Assembly: GCA_964573395.1 (NCBI GenBank)
Contig: CAZNJI010000001.1
Coordinates: 34,996 to 98,995 of the forward strand
DNA length: 64,000 nucleotides
Direction of reading: 5' to 3'
Source of the DNA: an uncultured Candidatus Saccharibacteria bacterium
Lineage (GTDB): Bacteria > Patescibacteriota > Minisyncoccia > Phycocordibacterales > UBA9973
Below the pieces are notes generated by a model, which saw only the letters and a program-made list of their open reading frames with translations, did no database searches and was not told where the DNA came from. Numbering within the stretch: position 1 is the first letter of the stretch; every line of letters begins with the position of its first letter. The position numbers and the translations under genes are program-made. Below, piece after piece: positions 20,199-30,992 of the stretch.

Positions 20199-21527
20199 AT
20201 GCTTAAACGAAGAATACTGGCCCTGATCGTCCTTCTTATCGGCACGGGAATCGGCTATTTTGTCTATACGTCAAACCTGAGTACTCTGGAAGAGCCGACA
20301 CGGCACCCCTTCCATCTCGGGCTCGATCTTTCCGGCGGAACTCGCCTTATCTATAAAGCCGACGTAAGCCAGGTTACCGGATCGGTGAATGATTCCATGG
20401 ATGCACTCCGCGACATCATTGAGCGCCGCGTCAATCTATTTGGTGTTTCCGAGCCTGTCGTCCAAGTACAGCGGGGAAGCGTAACGAACGGCGGCGAAGA
20501 ACGTTTGACTGTTGAACTTCCAGGGGTAACAGACGTGAAAGAAGCAATTGCTATGATTGGACAAACGCCGTTTCTTGAATTTCGGGTGCAAAGAGAATTT
20601 TCAGCAAGCGATATTTCTGCTGACGGAACGCTGGTGATTGACCCGAATGAATCTTTTATTGCCACAGAGCTTACCGGAAAATATTTAAAGAATGCGCTCT
20701 TGCAGTTCGATCCGAATACCGGAGAGCCGATTGTATCGCTTCAGTTCGACGGTGAAGGATCGGATATTTTTGAAAAAATTACCGGAGAAAATATTGGAAA
20801 GATTGTCGCCATTTACCTTGATGGAGAACCTATTTCAATGCCGGTGGTGCAGCAGGCAATTTCTGGAGGGCAGGCGATTATTTCGGGAGACTTTAGCCCA
20901 GAGGAGGCCAAGCAGTTAGTTGGCCGATTGAATTCCGGCGCGCTCCCGGTACCAATCTCGCTCATTTCAACACAAACTATCGGCGCATCACTCGGAGAGG
21001 AGGCAGTGGCAGCCGGCGTGCAAGCAGGGCTCATCGGTTTCATTGCCATCGCCGTGTTCCTGATTTTGTGGTACCGAGCACCGGGAGTAGTTGCAGTTAT
21101 TGCACTTGCATTCTATGTCGTCCTGACGCTTGCGCTCTATAAGCTCATTCCGGTAACGCTCACCGCGGCAGGAGTTGCCGGCTTTATTATCTCTATCGGC
21201 ATGGCGGTTGATGCGAATATTTTAATCTTTGAACGGTTTAAAGAAGAGTTGCGCCGAACGGGTTCAGTGAAAGAGGCGATTGCAAACGGATTCGATCGGG
21301 CATGGCTTTCAATCCGCGATGCGAACACTTCTACCTTTATTACCTCAGCCATCCTCTTCTGGTTCGGTACATCACTCATTAAAGGGTTTGCACTTACCTT
21401 GGGGCTTGGGGTACTGGTTGGCCTCTTTTCGGCAATCGTGGTCTCGCGCGCTCTCTTGCGAGCACTGCCACAGACAAGCGATAGTCGAGTGCTTAAATTC
21501 TTATTCAGTAGCGGAATCAGTAAATAA
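20199..21527 (+). CDS. secD: Protein translocase subunit SecD
   Basis: The N-terminus has a transmembrane helix followed by a periplasmic domain. The C-terminal 6-TM bundle carries ISIGMAVDANILIFERFKEE. The gene is followed by secF. Confidence 0.9.
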   Translation: MLKRRILALIVLLIGTGIGYFVYTSNLSTLEEPTRHPFHLGLDLSGGTRLIYKADVSQVTGSVNDSMDALRDIIERRVNLFGVSEPVVQVQRGSVTNGGEERLTVELPGVTDVKEAIAMIGQTPFLEFRVQREFSASDISADGTLVIDPNESFIATELTGKYLKNALLQFDPNTGEPIVSLQFDGEGSDIFEKITGENIGKIVAIYLDGEPISMPVVQQAISGGQAIISGDFSPEEAKQLVGRLNSGALPVPISLISTQTIGASLGEEAVAAGVQAGLIGFIAIAVFLILWYRAPGVVAVIALAFYVVLTLALYKLIPVTLTAAGVAGFIISIGMAVDANILIFERFKEELRRTGSVKEAIANGFDRAWLSIRDANTSTFITSAILFWFGTSLIKGFALTLGLGVLVGLFSAIVVSRALLRALPQTSDSRVLKFLFSSGISK

Positions 21528-21539
21528 ACTATACGGCTT

Positions 21540-22433
21540 ATGTTTTTCATGAAATACAAAAAAATCTTCGTTTTTATCTCAAGCATCTTGGTGTTTGGTT
21601 CTATCGTACTGATGTTCACGCTTGGTTTGCGTTTAGGAATCGACTTCAAAGGCGGAGCACAGCTTGAGCTTACCTATCCAGATGGCCGCCCTGAGGTGCA
21701 GCCACTTGTTCTAGCCGCAAAGAATGCTGGTTTTGGCGACGTGCTGATTCAGCCATCAGGAGAAAGCGATTTTCTTATTAAGACGCGCGATCTCTCTGAA
21801 GAAGAGCGTGCGCAGTTTTTAGAAATTGCATCATTTGACGGCAGTTATCAATTGGAACAAAAAAGTTTTAATTCAATTGGCCCATCGGTTGGTGCCGAAC
21901 TGACCCGAAAGGCAATTACAGCGCTCATTCTCGTTTCGCTCGCCATTGTCTTTTTCATCGCCTATGCGTTCCGCAAAGTGTCAGAGCCGGTTTCATCGTG
22001 GAAGTACGGCCTTATTGCCATTATTACGCTTTTGCATGACGTCATTATCTCAATTGGGGTTTTCACCATTCTGTCGCATTTTAACGGAACCGAGATCGAC
22101 ACTTTGTTCGTTGTGGCACTCTTAACGATTCTTGGTCTCTCTGTATCAGACACGATTGTCATTTTCGATCGCATTCGCGAAAATCTTCGAGAAAAAACCA
22201 ACGAATCATTTGAGTCGCTGGTGGGAAGGAGTTTAGATCAGACACTGACGCGCTCATTTAATACTTCGTTCACCGTCATTTTAGCGCTGGTAGCATTGGT
22301 TATTTTTGGCCCGGCATCAACCAGAACGTTTGCCATCATGCTTACTGCTGGGATGTTCTTCGGAGCCTACTCATCAATCTTCCTTGCATCTCCGCTGTTA
22401 GTGTACGCCTTGCAGTGGGGGAAGAAAAAATAA
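21540..22433 (+). CDS. secF: Protein translocase subunit SecF
   Basis: The motifs GIDFKGG...LTILGLSVSDTIVIFDRIREN are typical of SecF, and the gene sits immediately downstream of secD. Confidence 0.9.
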   Translation: MFFMKYKKIFVFISSILVFGSIVLMFTLGLRLGIDFKGGAQLELTYPDGRPEVQPLVLAAKNAGFGDVLIQPSGESDFLIKTRDLSEEERAQFLEIASFDGSYQLEQKSFNSIGPSVGAELTRKAITALILVSLAIVFFIAYAFRKVSEPVSSWKYGLIAIITLLHDVIISIGVFTILSHFNGTEIDTLFVVALLTILGLSVSDTIVIFDRIRENLREKTNESFESLVGRSLDQTLTRSFNTSFTVILALVALVIFGPASTRTFAIMLTAGMFFGAYSSIFLASPLLVYALQWGKKK

Positions 22434-22488
22434 GATTCGTTTATCTCCAAAAAAATAGTATTTCTGCGATCGCTAAGAAAGAAAAAAA

Positions 22489-23529
22489 TTATGTCAGTGT
22501 TGGGAAGAGTGCGGTAGAACCGATGTACGAAAGAGCACTAATGATGACAATGAGGAGCATGCCATAAGCCATGTGCTTTTTGTGGTGCTGCTCGTATTCC
22601 CGCAGTACAATGCCGATCATCGCCAGTAGTATTACTGCAACGATAAGAATATAGAGCGGAATGACGAATCCTCGCGGATTGGCAACTATCCGCTGCCAGA
22701 GAGAAGACTTTGCCTCGCCGTTATCCGGTACGGCAATAACCGGAACAATGTTCGTAGATTCGTTCACTGCTTCAATATACTGCGGATCTTCTTTTGTTAC
22801 TGCTATGGTTGGAGTCGTTTTTGCTCGAACCGCAGGTTCTGTTTTCTGCTCTTCTTCAATACCTGCAATGGTGCCGGCTTCATTTGGAGTTGGGATGGAA
22901 ATGTTCTGTGCCGGAGGAGCACTAATCGCCGGAACAGGCTCTTCAGCTGCAATTGCCGGCATGCCGAAGAGTTCGACGACGAATGTCGTTTCTCGTCCTT
23001 TATACATGCCGCGGGCCGTTGCAATACCAATTTCGGTGAATTTCGTACTCATAATGTTTGCGCGGTGGGTTGGGGAATTAAGCCAGGCATCCTGCACCGG
23101 AAGGGAGTCTTCAAAATTTACCGCCAGATTCTCTCCGGCATAAATGAAATTGTAGCCCGCTGCCTGGAACCAGTGCCACGGCGTTACTCCTTCAGGGCTC
23201 GTATGAGAAAAGTAGCTCTTCGCCGCCATGTCGTTTGCTTTCAGTTGGGCAGCTGCTTCAAGTGTGTTGCTTATCGCAAGCGTTGGCAAGGCTGCCTCTC
23301 TTCTGTCTTTATTCGTCAGGTCGACGAGTACGGAAGGGTAAACTTCTGCCGTAAAAGATCCGTTTCGAATGACTCTCGTGCCAACGGTTGAGAATGCAAA
23401 TATTCCCATCACGATTGCAATAAGCGCCCAAACCGCCCCTTCTTTGAGTACGTGCGGCAGGTGGCCGTTGTCAGGATGGGGGAAGACGCCCAGCTTTGCA
23501 TGGTGCGCTGCACGTTTGAGTAATTTCAT
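22489..23529 (-). CDS. Membrane-anchored CAP/SCP (PR-1-like) domain protein
   Basis: The CAP-domain blocks YFSHTSPEG...GENLA...HRANIMSTKFTEIGIA are present, with a C-terminal transmembrane helix. The internal Met (MKLLKRAAHH) is preferred as the start; the ORF opens at 23634. Confidence 0.7.
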   Translation of the reverse strand: MKLLKRAAHHAKLGVFPHPDNGHLPHVLKEGAVWALIAIVMGIFAFSTVGTRVIRNGSFTAEVYPSVLVDLTNKDRREAALPTLAISNTLEAAAQLKANDMAAKSYFSHTSPEGVTPWHWFQAAGYNFIYAGENLAVNFEDSLPVQDAWLNSPTHRANIMSTKFTEIGIATARGMYKGRETTFVVELFGMPAIAAEEPVPAISAPPAQNISIPTPNEAGTIAGIEEEQKTEPAVRAKTTPTIAVTKEDPQYIEAVNESTNIVPVIAVPDNGEAKSSLWQRIVANPRGFVIPLYILIVAVILLAMIGIVLREYEQHHKKHMAYGMLLIVIISALSYIGSTALFPTLT

Positions 23530-23622
23530 TTCAAAATAATACCATGACAGCTTGCTGAAGAGTATTTTATCCACTGCGAATATGTTGACATTTTTAGCAA
23601 CCCTTGTATGATTGCATGGTCT

Positions 23623-25047
23623 ATGAAAAGCCATTCTCCCACAAGAGAAGAAGATTTTTTAGTCCTTCCTGAGCGGCTTTCGGCTAAAACTATTTTTACC
23701 AAGCGTACGAACTACGTGATTCTGGCGACGGCTATCGTTGCAGTTTCTGCGCTGACGCTCCTTGGCACTATTTTCAATATCCCATTTCCTATCGTCCTTT
23801 CAGCTACTGCTGGAGCGTTTTATCTGACCCTTTATGTATTTAAGCTCTGGGTCGTAAAGCAGTCTTTTAAAGATGAAAAGCGGCTGATTCAGTACAGCGA
23901 GAACGATATTGTGGCAATGGACGAAAGTGCGCTCAAAACTTATACCGTGCTCATTCCGCTCTATAAAGAAGCGCCGGTCGTTCCGCAGATTTTAAGGGCA
24001 ATGGGTGCAATCGATTACCCTACAGAAAAAATTGAATTTCTGGTAACGCTTGAAGCGTATGATCACGAAACGCGTGAGGCGTTTGAGCGGGTGGAACTGC
24101 CAAGAAACTGGCGCATTATCACCCTTCCTGACGTACAACCAAAAACGAAGCCGAAGGCATTGAATGTCGCGCTTCGCGAAGCGAAGGGGGAATACTTGGT
24201 CATTTATGATGCCGAAGTTGTGCCTGAGCCGTTACAGCTCAAGCGCGCAGCGTTAGCATTTAAAGAATACCCAGGAGTTGCGGCGCTCCAATGCCGGCTC
24301 GATCACTATAACGCGAATCAAAACATATTGAGCCGTCTGTTTAATGCGGAATTTGTTTTTTATTACGATTTATTTCTTCCGGGCCTTGAAGTGCTTAATC
24401 TGCCGATCCCCCTTTCAGGGCACAGCACCCATTTTCGGAGGAATGCACTGCTTGCCATCGGATCATGGGATCCGTACAACGTTACCGAAGACGTTGACGT
24501 TGCAATTCGTCTCTACCGAGCCGGATACCGGGCACGAGTGCTTGATTCGGTAAGCGAAGAAGAGGCAACTGTAACGCTTGGCTCATGGCTTCGCCAGCGA
24601 ACCCGCTGGATCAAAGGATTCCTCGGAACGGCAATCGTGCATTACCGCTATCCGCTCACGCTTGCCGAAAATATCGGCGGATGGAGAAGTTTCGTGTTGT
24701 TCTGCATTTTGCTTCCCCTTTCTAATTTCATTCACGTACTGAATCTTTTATACTTCGCGCTGACGACGGTTTGGCTTTTGTTCCGCCCGGAATTCGTGCA
24801 GCTATTCTTTAATTTGCCGGTGCTCTACATCAGCTATACCGTTTCGGTGCTCGGCATTGCGACATCTTCATATTTAAATTTGATTGCGCTGTATCGCCGA
24901 AAGCGGTTCTCGCTCGTAAAATATGCGCTTCTTTCTCCGGCATACTGGGTATTGCTTGCCTATGCGGGAGTGCGAGCCATGTACCAGCTATTCCGCGCTC
25001 CAACGGTATGGGAAAAGACGACGCACGGCACGCATCTTTTGAAGTAA
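23623..25047 (+). CDS. Processive family-2 glycosyltransferase (integral membrane, QxxRW-type)
   Basis: The motifs YDAE, QCRLDHYN, HFRRN and QRTRWIKGF (QxxRW) are flanked by transmembrane helices. The protein is a paralogue of residues about 350-730 of the 1554-aa fusion protein at 40318-44982. Confidence 0.8.
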   Translation: MKSHSPTREEDFLVLPERLSAKTIFTKRTNYVILATAIVAVSALTLLGTIFNIPFPIVLSATAGAFYLTLYVFKLWVVKQSFKDEKRLIQYSENDIVAMDESALKTYTVLIPLYKEAPVVPQILRAMGAIDYPTEKIEFLVTLEAYDHETREAFERVELPRNWRIITLPDVQPKTKPKALNVALREAKGEYLVIYDAEVVPEPLQLKRAALAFKEYPGVAALQCRLDHYNANQNILSRLFNAEFVFYYDLFLPGLEVLNLPIPLSGHSTHFRRNALLAIGSWDPYNVTEDVDVAIRLYRAGYRARVLDSVSEEEATVTLGSWLRQRTRWIKGFLGTAIVHYRYPLTLAENIGGWRSFVLFCILLPLSNFIHVLNLLYFALTTVWLLFRPEFVQLFFNLPVLYISYTVSVLGIATSSYLNLIALYRRKRFSLVKYALLSPAYWVLLAYAGVRAMYQLFRAPTVWEKTTHGTHLLK

Positions 25048-25048
25048 C

Positions 25049-26842
25049 ATGATTGCAGTAATGAAAAAAATCAACCTTTCGCTTTTTTCGTGGATGATGC
25101 TCGGTATCGCAATCATCGGCATAGCCGCAACAGCACTAGTGTACCAAGAAGGGCTCACGCTCGCGCTCGTTGATGCGCAGTCCCATTTGAATTTCGGGAA
25201 GCTTTTTTTTGACAGCAGTACTCCGGGTATCAGCCAGATAGGGTTTTGGCCGCCGCTTCTGCACGCGCTCTTAGTGGTGCCTACCCAAATTCCTTTTTTG
25301 TATGAAACCGGCCTTGCGGCGGCAATCGTGCTTATTCCAGTACTCGGGATTGGCGCATACTATCTGTATAAGCTCATTTTCTTGCTCACCGCGAGTACGC
25401 GTTTCAGTATTGCAGGGGTAGTTATTTTCGCGCTTAATCCGTTCGTGCTTTATTACGCCAGCGTGCCGATGATGGAAACGCTCTTCCTCTCCATGATGAC
25501 CCCTTTGTTGTTTTATTTCGTGAAATGGCAGGAAACAGGCAAGATCGCATTCTTGCTCTATTCTGCATTTTTTGTTTCTCTTGCCTGTCTGGCTCGATTT
25601 GACGGATTCGCTTTTATTCCAGTTTTTGTTATTGCCGCCGGAGGTTTCCTTCTGTCCCGGAAAGTTTCAAAAGCTGAACTTGAGGCAACGCTCGTGCTTG
25701 CTGCTCCGCTCTTTTTAATCGGCGTCATTATCATCCTTTCATACAGCAGCATTTACGGAGATAGCCCGTTTGAATTCTTGAGCGGAAAATGGTCTGCATT
25801 TTCCCAGCAGAAATTTTTGTCACTTCCATCTCGATTTTCCCTCTCAGGATCCGTTACCTACTTGAGCCTAGCGGCATTTTCAATGCTCGGCAAAGGGCTT
25901 TCTTTTGCCGGCATTATCGGGCTCATTATTCTTACCTGTATTCGTCGAGCATTTGGACTTCTGTTGATTGTGCTTGCAAGCATGGCGCCTGCGGCGCTTG
26001 TCGTGTTCACGCTTTTTACTGGAAGCACGGTAATTTATCTGCCGACACTTCCTCCATTTACCGAATTCTTCAATGAACGCTACGGGCTGACACTCTTTTT
26101 ACCTGCCGTACTTGCAACGATATTCGGCTCATACGCACTTACCCTGCTTCGTCCAAGCCGCCGGTTTCTACGGCAGGGGCTATTCGTTCTTTCGTGGGCG
26201 CTTTTATCTTTCGGCATGCTCAGCACTTTTGCATTTAGCTTGAATACTTTTTTCGGAAACAAATTCTCTCTCTTAAAAGAAGCAACGGTGAACATTGTGC
26301 CACGAACCGAAGAGCAAAAAGTAATTGGCCAATATTTCTGCGACCATCCGCCGACAGGATACGTACTCATGACGCGCGCTCTTTTGAACGCTGTTCCCAT
26401 CCACTCCTGTACTCCGCTGAAGCAGTTCATCATTGAATCGAACTTCCCGTTCTTTGAGCAGACGATCGAGCGGCCATGGCTGTATGCGGAATATGTCGTC
26501 CTGCATAATGAAAATACCGCAAGCGATTACGAGCTTTCCTCTGATGAGCCGACAAGAATTTGGTCCAAGAGCCGGGAACTTTTCGATCGATTCTATGCGC
26601 CAGTGCAAAAAACGGCCCACTATACGCTCTACCGGCTCGATCAGGGAAGAGTGCGGGGGTATGCAGAATTCATCGGACTTCCGGAAGAGAAAATTTATAC
26701 CCTACAGGAAGTAAGGTCGAAGCTCTCCAGTCGTTATTATGAAGAGCTTGGCGTTGCCTCAGCGAAGGTGCTTGTCGATCAAGACGATGAATATCTCAAG
26801 AAAACGAAGCAGTTCGAAGGGTACGGCAGAGCTACTCGATAG
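25049..26842 (+). CDS. Polytopic membrane protein, GT-C-like glycosyltransferase candidate
   Basis: The protein has about 12 transmembrane helices and an extracytoplasmic DxD-like motif near the N-terminus (VDAQSHLNFG). It is a paralogue of 49676-51301; the shared blocks are D(A/Q)(Q/E)SHLN, LNP(F/N)VLY and (V/T)PM(M/T)E. Confidence 0.7.
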   Translation: MIAVMKKINLSLFSWMMLGIAIIGIAATALVYQEGLTLALVDAQSHLNFGKLFFDSSTPGISQIGFWPPLLHALLVVPTQIPFLYETGLAAAIVLIPVLGIGAYYLYKLIFLLTASTRFSIAGVVIFALNPFVLYYASVPMMETLFLSMMTPLLFYFVKWQETGKIAFLLYSAFFVSLACLARFDGFAFIPVFVIAAGGFLLSRKVSKAELEATLVLAAPLFLIGVIIILSYSSIYGDSPFEFLSGKWSAFSQQKFLSLPSRFSLSGSVTYLSLAAFSMLGKGLSFAGIIGLIILTCIRRAFGLLLIVLASMAPAALVVFTLFTGSTVIYLPTLPPFTEFFNERYGLTLFLPAVLATIFGSYALTLLRPSRRFLRQGLFVLSWALLSFGMLSTFAFSLNTFFGNKFSLLKEATVNIVPRTEEQKVIGQYFCDHPPTGYVLMTRALLNAVPIHSCTPLKQFIIESNFPFFEQTIERPWLYAEYVVLHNENTASDYELSSDEPTRIWSKSRELFDRFYAPVQKTAHYTLYRLDQGRVRGYAEFIGLPEEKIYTLQEVRSKLSSRYYEELGVASAKVLVDQDDEYLKKTKQFEGYGRATR

Positions 26843-26888
26843 TCTTGACATAGTTGTGTTTTTATAATATAAGAAGCGAATTACTAGC

Positions 26889-29800
26889 ATGACAACTCAC
26901 TACCGTTTCCACATGAAAAAACTTGTCCAGGGACTCTTGATTCTCATGCTCTTTTTCAGCGTTGTGCCGAAACCGGCAGAAGCTGCTCTTCCTGATGGTT
27001 TTGAAATCAAAACAATCGTTTCCGGCCTGAATCTTCCCACTGCGTTTGCGTTCGCTCCGGGAAATAAAATCTTCGTCGCGCAAAAAGGCGGCACTATTCG
27101 GCTCATTGAAAACGGCGTACTCAACCCAACGCCGGTCATTGCCATTCCAAACGTAAATCAGGCGGGCGATCGAGGCGTGCTCGGTATTGCCACGGATCCG
27201 AATTTTCAAACGAATGGCTATATCTACGTATTTCACACGCACGAAACGAACTCAGCGAATCCAAATGGCCCGAAAACGGGAATCCTTCGCCGGTTAACCG
27301 TGGTAAACAATGTCGCTTCAATGGATTCATCAGTTATCCTTCTTGGAACAACATTCGGAAGCGCGCTGCAGCCATCGTGCACGAATTTTCCGGTAACCGC
27401 AGATTGCGTTCCGTCGGATTCGCTCGCGCATTCAACCGGGGGAATCTACTTCGGCCCTGACGGCAAGCTCTGGATTGCAACCGGAGACGGTTCTGGATTC
27501 AACGGAAACGACCCGCTCGCGCTTCGCAGCCAGAGCCTCGATGCGCTTTCCGGAAAAATTCTTCGCATCAATCCGGATGGCACCGCACCGGCCGACAATC
27601 CGTTCTATAACGGAGACCCGAATGCGAATCGCTCAAAGGTGTGGGCGCTCGGCTTTCGCAATCCGTTCCGCCTTACATTCCGCCCTGCAACTGGAAAGCC
27701 GTATCTGGCGGATGTCGGCTGGTACAGCTATGAAGAAATAAATTTTGGAACGAAGGGTGCTAACTATGGATGGCCATGCCGAGAAGGAGACATTGCAACA
27801 ACGTATAACTGCACTCCTTCGTCTGCGACTACTGAACCATTTTATAAGTACGGTAGAACCGATCTTGGGGCATCTATTACTGGAGGAGCGTTTTCGGGAA
27901 ATGCGTATCCAGCCGAATACCGCGATCAGTATTTCTTTGCGGACTTTTCAAACGATTGGATGAAGCGAATGACGATTGATCCGTCAGACAGTTCGATTGT
28001 CAGCATCGATAACGTCATCGACAGCGGCGCTGGCGGCATCGTGGATATTAAAGCTGGCCCTGACGGATCGATTTATTACATTTCGATTTACACCGGTTCG
28101 ATCAATAAGATCGAATATGATTCAAACCGCCAACCAACCGCGGTTATTGCTGCAACCCCAACAAACGGTACCGCACCGCTCTCTGTGCAGTTCAATTCAG
28201 CGGGAACCAATGATCCCGATGGAAATCTGGCCGGCATTGAATGGAATTTCGGCGATGGAAGCCCGGTTTCAACCGAGGCGGCTCCGACGCATACCTATGC
28301 GCTCGGAACCTACACCGCAACCCTTACGGCTCGCGATACACTGGGCCGCACCGGCGTCCAAACGGTAACCATTTACTCTGGCACCGAGCCAACAGGAGGC
28401 CAGGGAAATACGAAGCCGCACCTAACTGCAGTAACAACTGATCCAAATCCAACTGTTATTGGAAGAGACGTGAAAGTGAGCGCGACGGTTACTAATGCCG
28501 GCGGAACCGATCCGTTTGTCGTCGACATTGAAATCTATAATGCCGCAGGAAATCTCGTCGGCTCTCGAGCGTGGGAAAACATCAGTCTTGAAAACGGCGC
28601 AACCGAAACCTTTTCATTCGATTGGCTGCCGCCGCTTATCGGCACCTACCGCGTTTCGGTCGGCTTGTTCTATGACGGATGGACCGGCTTGCATGAATGG
28701 AACAATTTTTTCTACGAATTCGAAGTAGGAGAGCGCATTCCGGTAACCGAGAATCTCATCGCGAATCCATCTCTTGAAACCGAAGGATCAGCTGCAGGCG
28801 TTCCTGCTTCCTGGGAAAAAGGAGGATATGGAACCAATACTCGCACCTTCACCTATCCGGTAACGGGCAGCGGCAGTGCACGAGCGGCTCGCATTGATAT
28901 GTCCAATTTCTCATCGGGGGATGCGAAATGGATGAATGATCCTGTTCCGGTTGTTCCGGGCACTCAGTATCTGGTATCAAGCCGGTATCGCTCTGACGTG
29001 ACGACAACCGTTACCGCGCGCATCATAAAAACGGATGGCACATCTGTATATAAGTGGGTAAACGATACTCTTCCGACCGAAGGGTGGGCGCAGTTCGAAG
29101 GCACGTTCACTGCTCCGGCAAATGCTGCCAGCGTTGTCATTTTCCATTTGATTCGCACCAATGGGTATCTTGAAACGGATGATTACTCGCTCTCGGCAGT
29201 TGCTTCAGCCTATCAAGGAGACACTGTCCGGCCGACACTCAACATTACCGCGCCGACATTTGAACAAACGATTTCCGGCACATTTTCTTTTGCAGTAACG
29301 GCAAATGACGACAAGAAGGTAAAGCGAGTCCAGCTTATCCTTGACGGCAAACTCGTAGGCGGGAGCGATCTAACTGCGCCATTTAATTTTTCATATGACA
29401 CCAGCACGCTAGTCAACGGTACCCATGTGGTACAGGCGCAAGTATGGGATGCGGCAGGAAACACTCGCACCACGCTCCCGCTTTCATTTACCGTCCAGAA
29501 CGGGGGCAGTGCGCTTACGCCATCCGGAACCGGATCGCTTGATTTCGACGGGGTTGATGATTACGTGAATTTTGAGCGATGGAATATTGAAGAGACGAAC
29601 GGATTCACCGTTGAAGCGCTGTATACGCCGAAGATTGTTACTGCCGACGGGGTCATTCTTTCAAAGAGCGATGTCGGGTCGGTTGACTGGGAATTGGGAT
29701 ACAAGGCGCTTTCCGGCGGATCGGTTCGTCCGTACTTTACGGTAAAAACGCAAGAAGGAGCGGTTGCAACCGCCGAGGGCGGCGCTATTTCCGGCGGCGA

Positions 29801-30980
29801 ACTAGCGCACATTTCAGGAGTATTTGATGGAATGAAAATCCGTCTCTATAAAAATGGAAGCCTTGCCGCTGAAACAGCACTCGCAGGAACAGTAGCAACG
29901 AGCCAGAAGCTCGTATACATGGGAGCGCGGCCAGACATGAGCCAACCGCTGAAGGGAGAACTTGATTCGGTCCGCGTCTGGACGGTGCCAAAGACCATTA
30001 CTGAGATTCAGTCGATGGTAAATACTGAAGAGATCGGCACCGGAAACGGCCTCATCAAGCACTGGAAGCTCAATGAAGGATTCGGCCAAGACGTGATCGA
30101 CAGTTCAAATTCTGGCCACCATGGCGTGCTCGGAAACTCTGACGGAAATGATGAAAACGATCCGCGATGGATCGGCGGCTTGGGAAACGGCTCAACTGGA
30201 ACATTCTCCGTCGCGTATGTTGCAACAACTATTTCCGATAATCGGCTTGCTCCAGGAGAAGAGGTGACTATTACGTCATCAGTAAAAAATACTGGCGATA
30301 GCGCTGGGTTTGCAATTCTGTATTACGACATTTTTGATGAAACCGGGACCCGCGTGTATAACCGCTACTTTGACGGCGAGTCGCTCCTGGTAGGAGAACA
30401 GCGCGATTTCTCCATCAACTGGAGCACGAATACTCCTGGCCGGTACCGCGTTGCGTTTGCCGCAATCAAGCTCAATTGGAGCGGGCTCTATCATTGGGAG
30501 AACAGCGCGGCAACGTTTATCGTTGAAACGAACGAGCACCAGGTGTACGATGATGCGCTCAAGCCTGGCTGGGCGAACTGGTCATGGGAAACGACAACCG
30601 ATTTCAGTAATGCCGATTCTGCGCATGAAGGAACGCAGGCACTCTCGGTAACACCAACGACTCCATGGAGCGGGTTATATCTGCACACTGAGCCACTTGC
30701 AACGGATAACCGCACGATGCTCAACTTCGCCATTAAGGGAAAAACAGCCGGTGGTCAGGTACTGCAGCTTCGCCTCTACGATGAAAATCGCCAAGGGCTT
30801 CCGCGCGTGCCGCTCGCGCACTATCTTCCGGATGGAGTGAAAAGCGATGCGTGGTCGACCGTAATCATTCCGCTTGCTGATCTTGGCGCAGGCGGAGCTC
30901 CGATTACCGGATTCGTAATCCAGGGCATGAGCGGGGCAGTTGAACCGGTATACCTTCTCGACGCAATCAAGTTCCAATAA
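26889..30980 (+). CDS. Giant secreted multidomain protein: soluble aldose/sorbosone dehydrogenase-like beta-propeller, PKD, CARDB-like, CBM4/9-like, Ig-like, LamG/ConA-like domains
   Basis: A signal peptide is present (LLILMLFFSVVPKPAEA). The glucose/sorbosone-dehydrogenase propeller blocks are LNLPTAFAFAPGNKIFVAQKGG, IATGDGSG and LSGKILRINPDGTAPADNPF. The PKD motif is PLSVQFNSAGTNDPDGNLAGIEWNFGDGS. The CBM-like block is NLIANPSLETEG. The LamG-like block is LDFDGVDDYVNFE...GELDSVRVW. Confidence 0.85.
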   Translation: MTTHYRFHMKKLVQGLLILMLFFSVVPKPAEAALPDGFEIKTIVSGLNLPTAFAFAPGNKIFVAQKGGTIRLIENGVLNPTPVIAIPNVNQAGDRGVLGIATDPNFQTNGYIYVFHTHETNSANPNGPKTGILRRLTVVNNVASMDSSVILLGTTFGSALQPSCTNFPVTADCVPSDSLAHSTGGIYFGPDGKLWIATGDGSGFNGNDPLALRSQSLDALSGKILRINPDGTAPADNPFYNGDPNANRSKVWALGFRNPFRLTFRPATGKPYLADVGWYSYEEINFGTKGANYGWPCREGDIATTYNCTPSSATTEPFYKYGRTDLGASITGGAFSGNAYPAEYRDQYFFADFSNDWMKRMTIDPSDSSIVSIDNVIDSGAGGIVDIKAGPDGSIYYISIYTGSINKIEYDSNRQPTAVIAATPTNGTAPLSVQFNSAGTNDPDGNLAGIEWNFGDGSPVSTEAAPTHTYALGTYTATLTARDTLGRTGVQTVTIYSGTEPTGGQGNTKPHLTAVTTDPNPTVIGRDVKVSATVTNAGGTDPFVVDIEIYNAAGNLVGSRAWENISLENGATETFSFDWLPPLIGTYRVSVGLFYDGWTGLHEWNNFFYEFEVGERIPVTENLIANPSLETEGSAAGVPASWEKGGYGTNTRTFTYPVTGSGSARAARIDMSNFSSGDAKWMNDPVPVVPGTQYLVSSRYRSDVTTTVTARIIKTDGTSVYKWVNDTLPTEGWAQFEGTFTAPANAASVVIFHLIRTNGYLETDDYSLSAVASAYQGDTVRPTLNITAPTFEQTISGTFSFAVTANDDKKVKRVQLILDGKLVGGSDLTAPFNFSYDTSTLVNGTHVVQAQVWDAAGNTRTTLPLSFTVQNGGSALTPSGTGSLDFDGVDDYVNFERWNIEETNGFTVEALYTPKIVTADGVILSKSDVGSVDWELGYKALSGGSVRPYFTVKTQEGAVATAEGGAISGGELAHISGVFDGMKIRLYKNGSLAAETALAGTVATSQKLVYMGARPDMSQPLKGELDSVRVWTVPKTITEIQSMVNTEEIGTGNGLIKHWKLNEGFGQDVIDSSNSGHHGVLGNSDGNDENDPRWIGGLGNGSTGTFSVAYVATTISDNRLAPGEEVTITSSVKNTGDSAGFAILYYDIFDETGTRVYNRYFDGESLLVGEQRDFSINWSTNTPGRYRVAFAAIKLNWSGLYHWENSAATFIVETNEHQVYDDALKPGWANWSWETTTDFSNADSAHEGTQALSVTPTTPWSGLYLHTEPLATDNRTMLNFAIKGKTAGGQVLQLRLYDENRQGLPRVPLAHYLPDGVKSDAWSTVIIPLADLGAGGAPITGFVIQGMSGAVEPVYLLDAIKFQ

Positions 30981-30992
30981 TTATTTTTTGCT

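Noticed and set aside
22661-23391. Plus-strand ORFs of 160 and 108 aa
   Set aside because: They are antisense to the well-supported CAP-domain gene.
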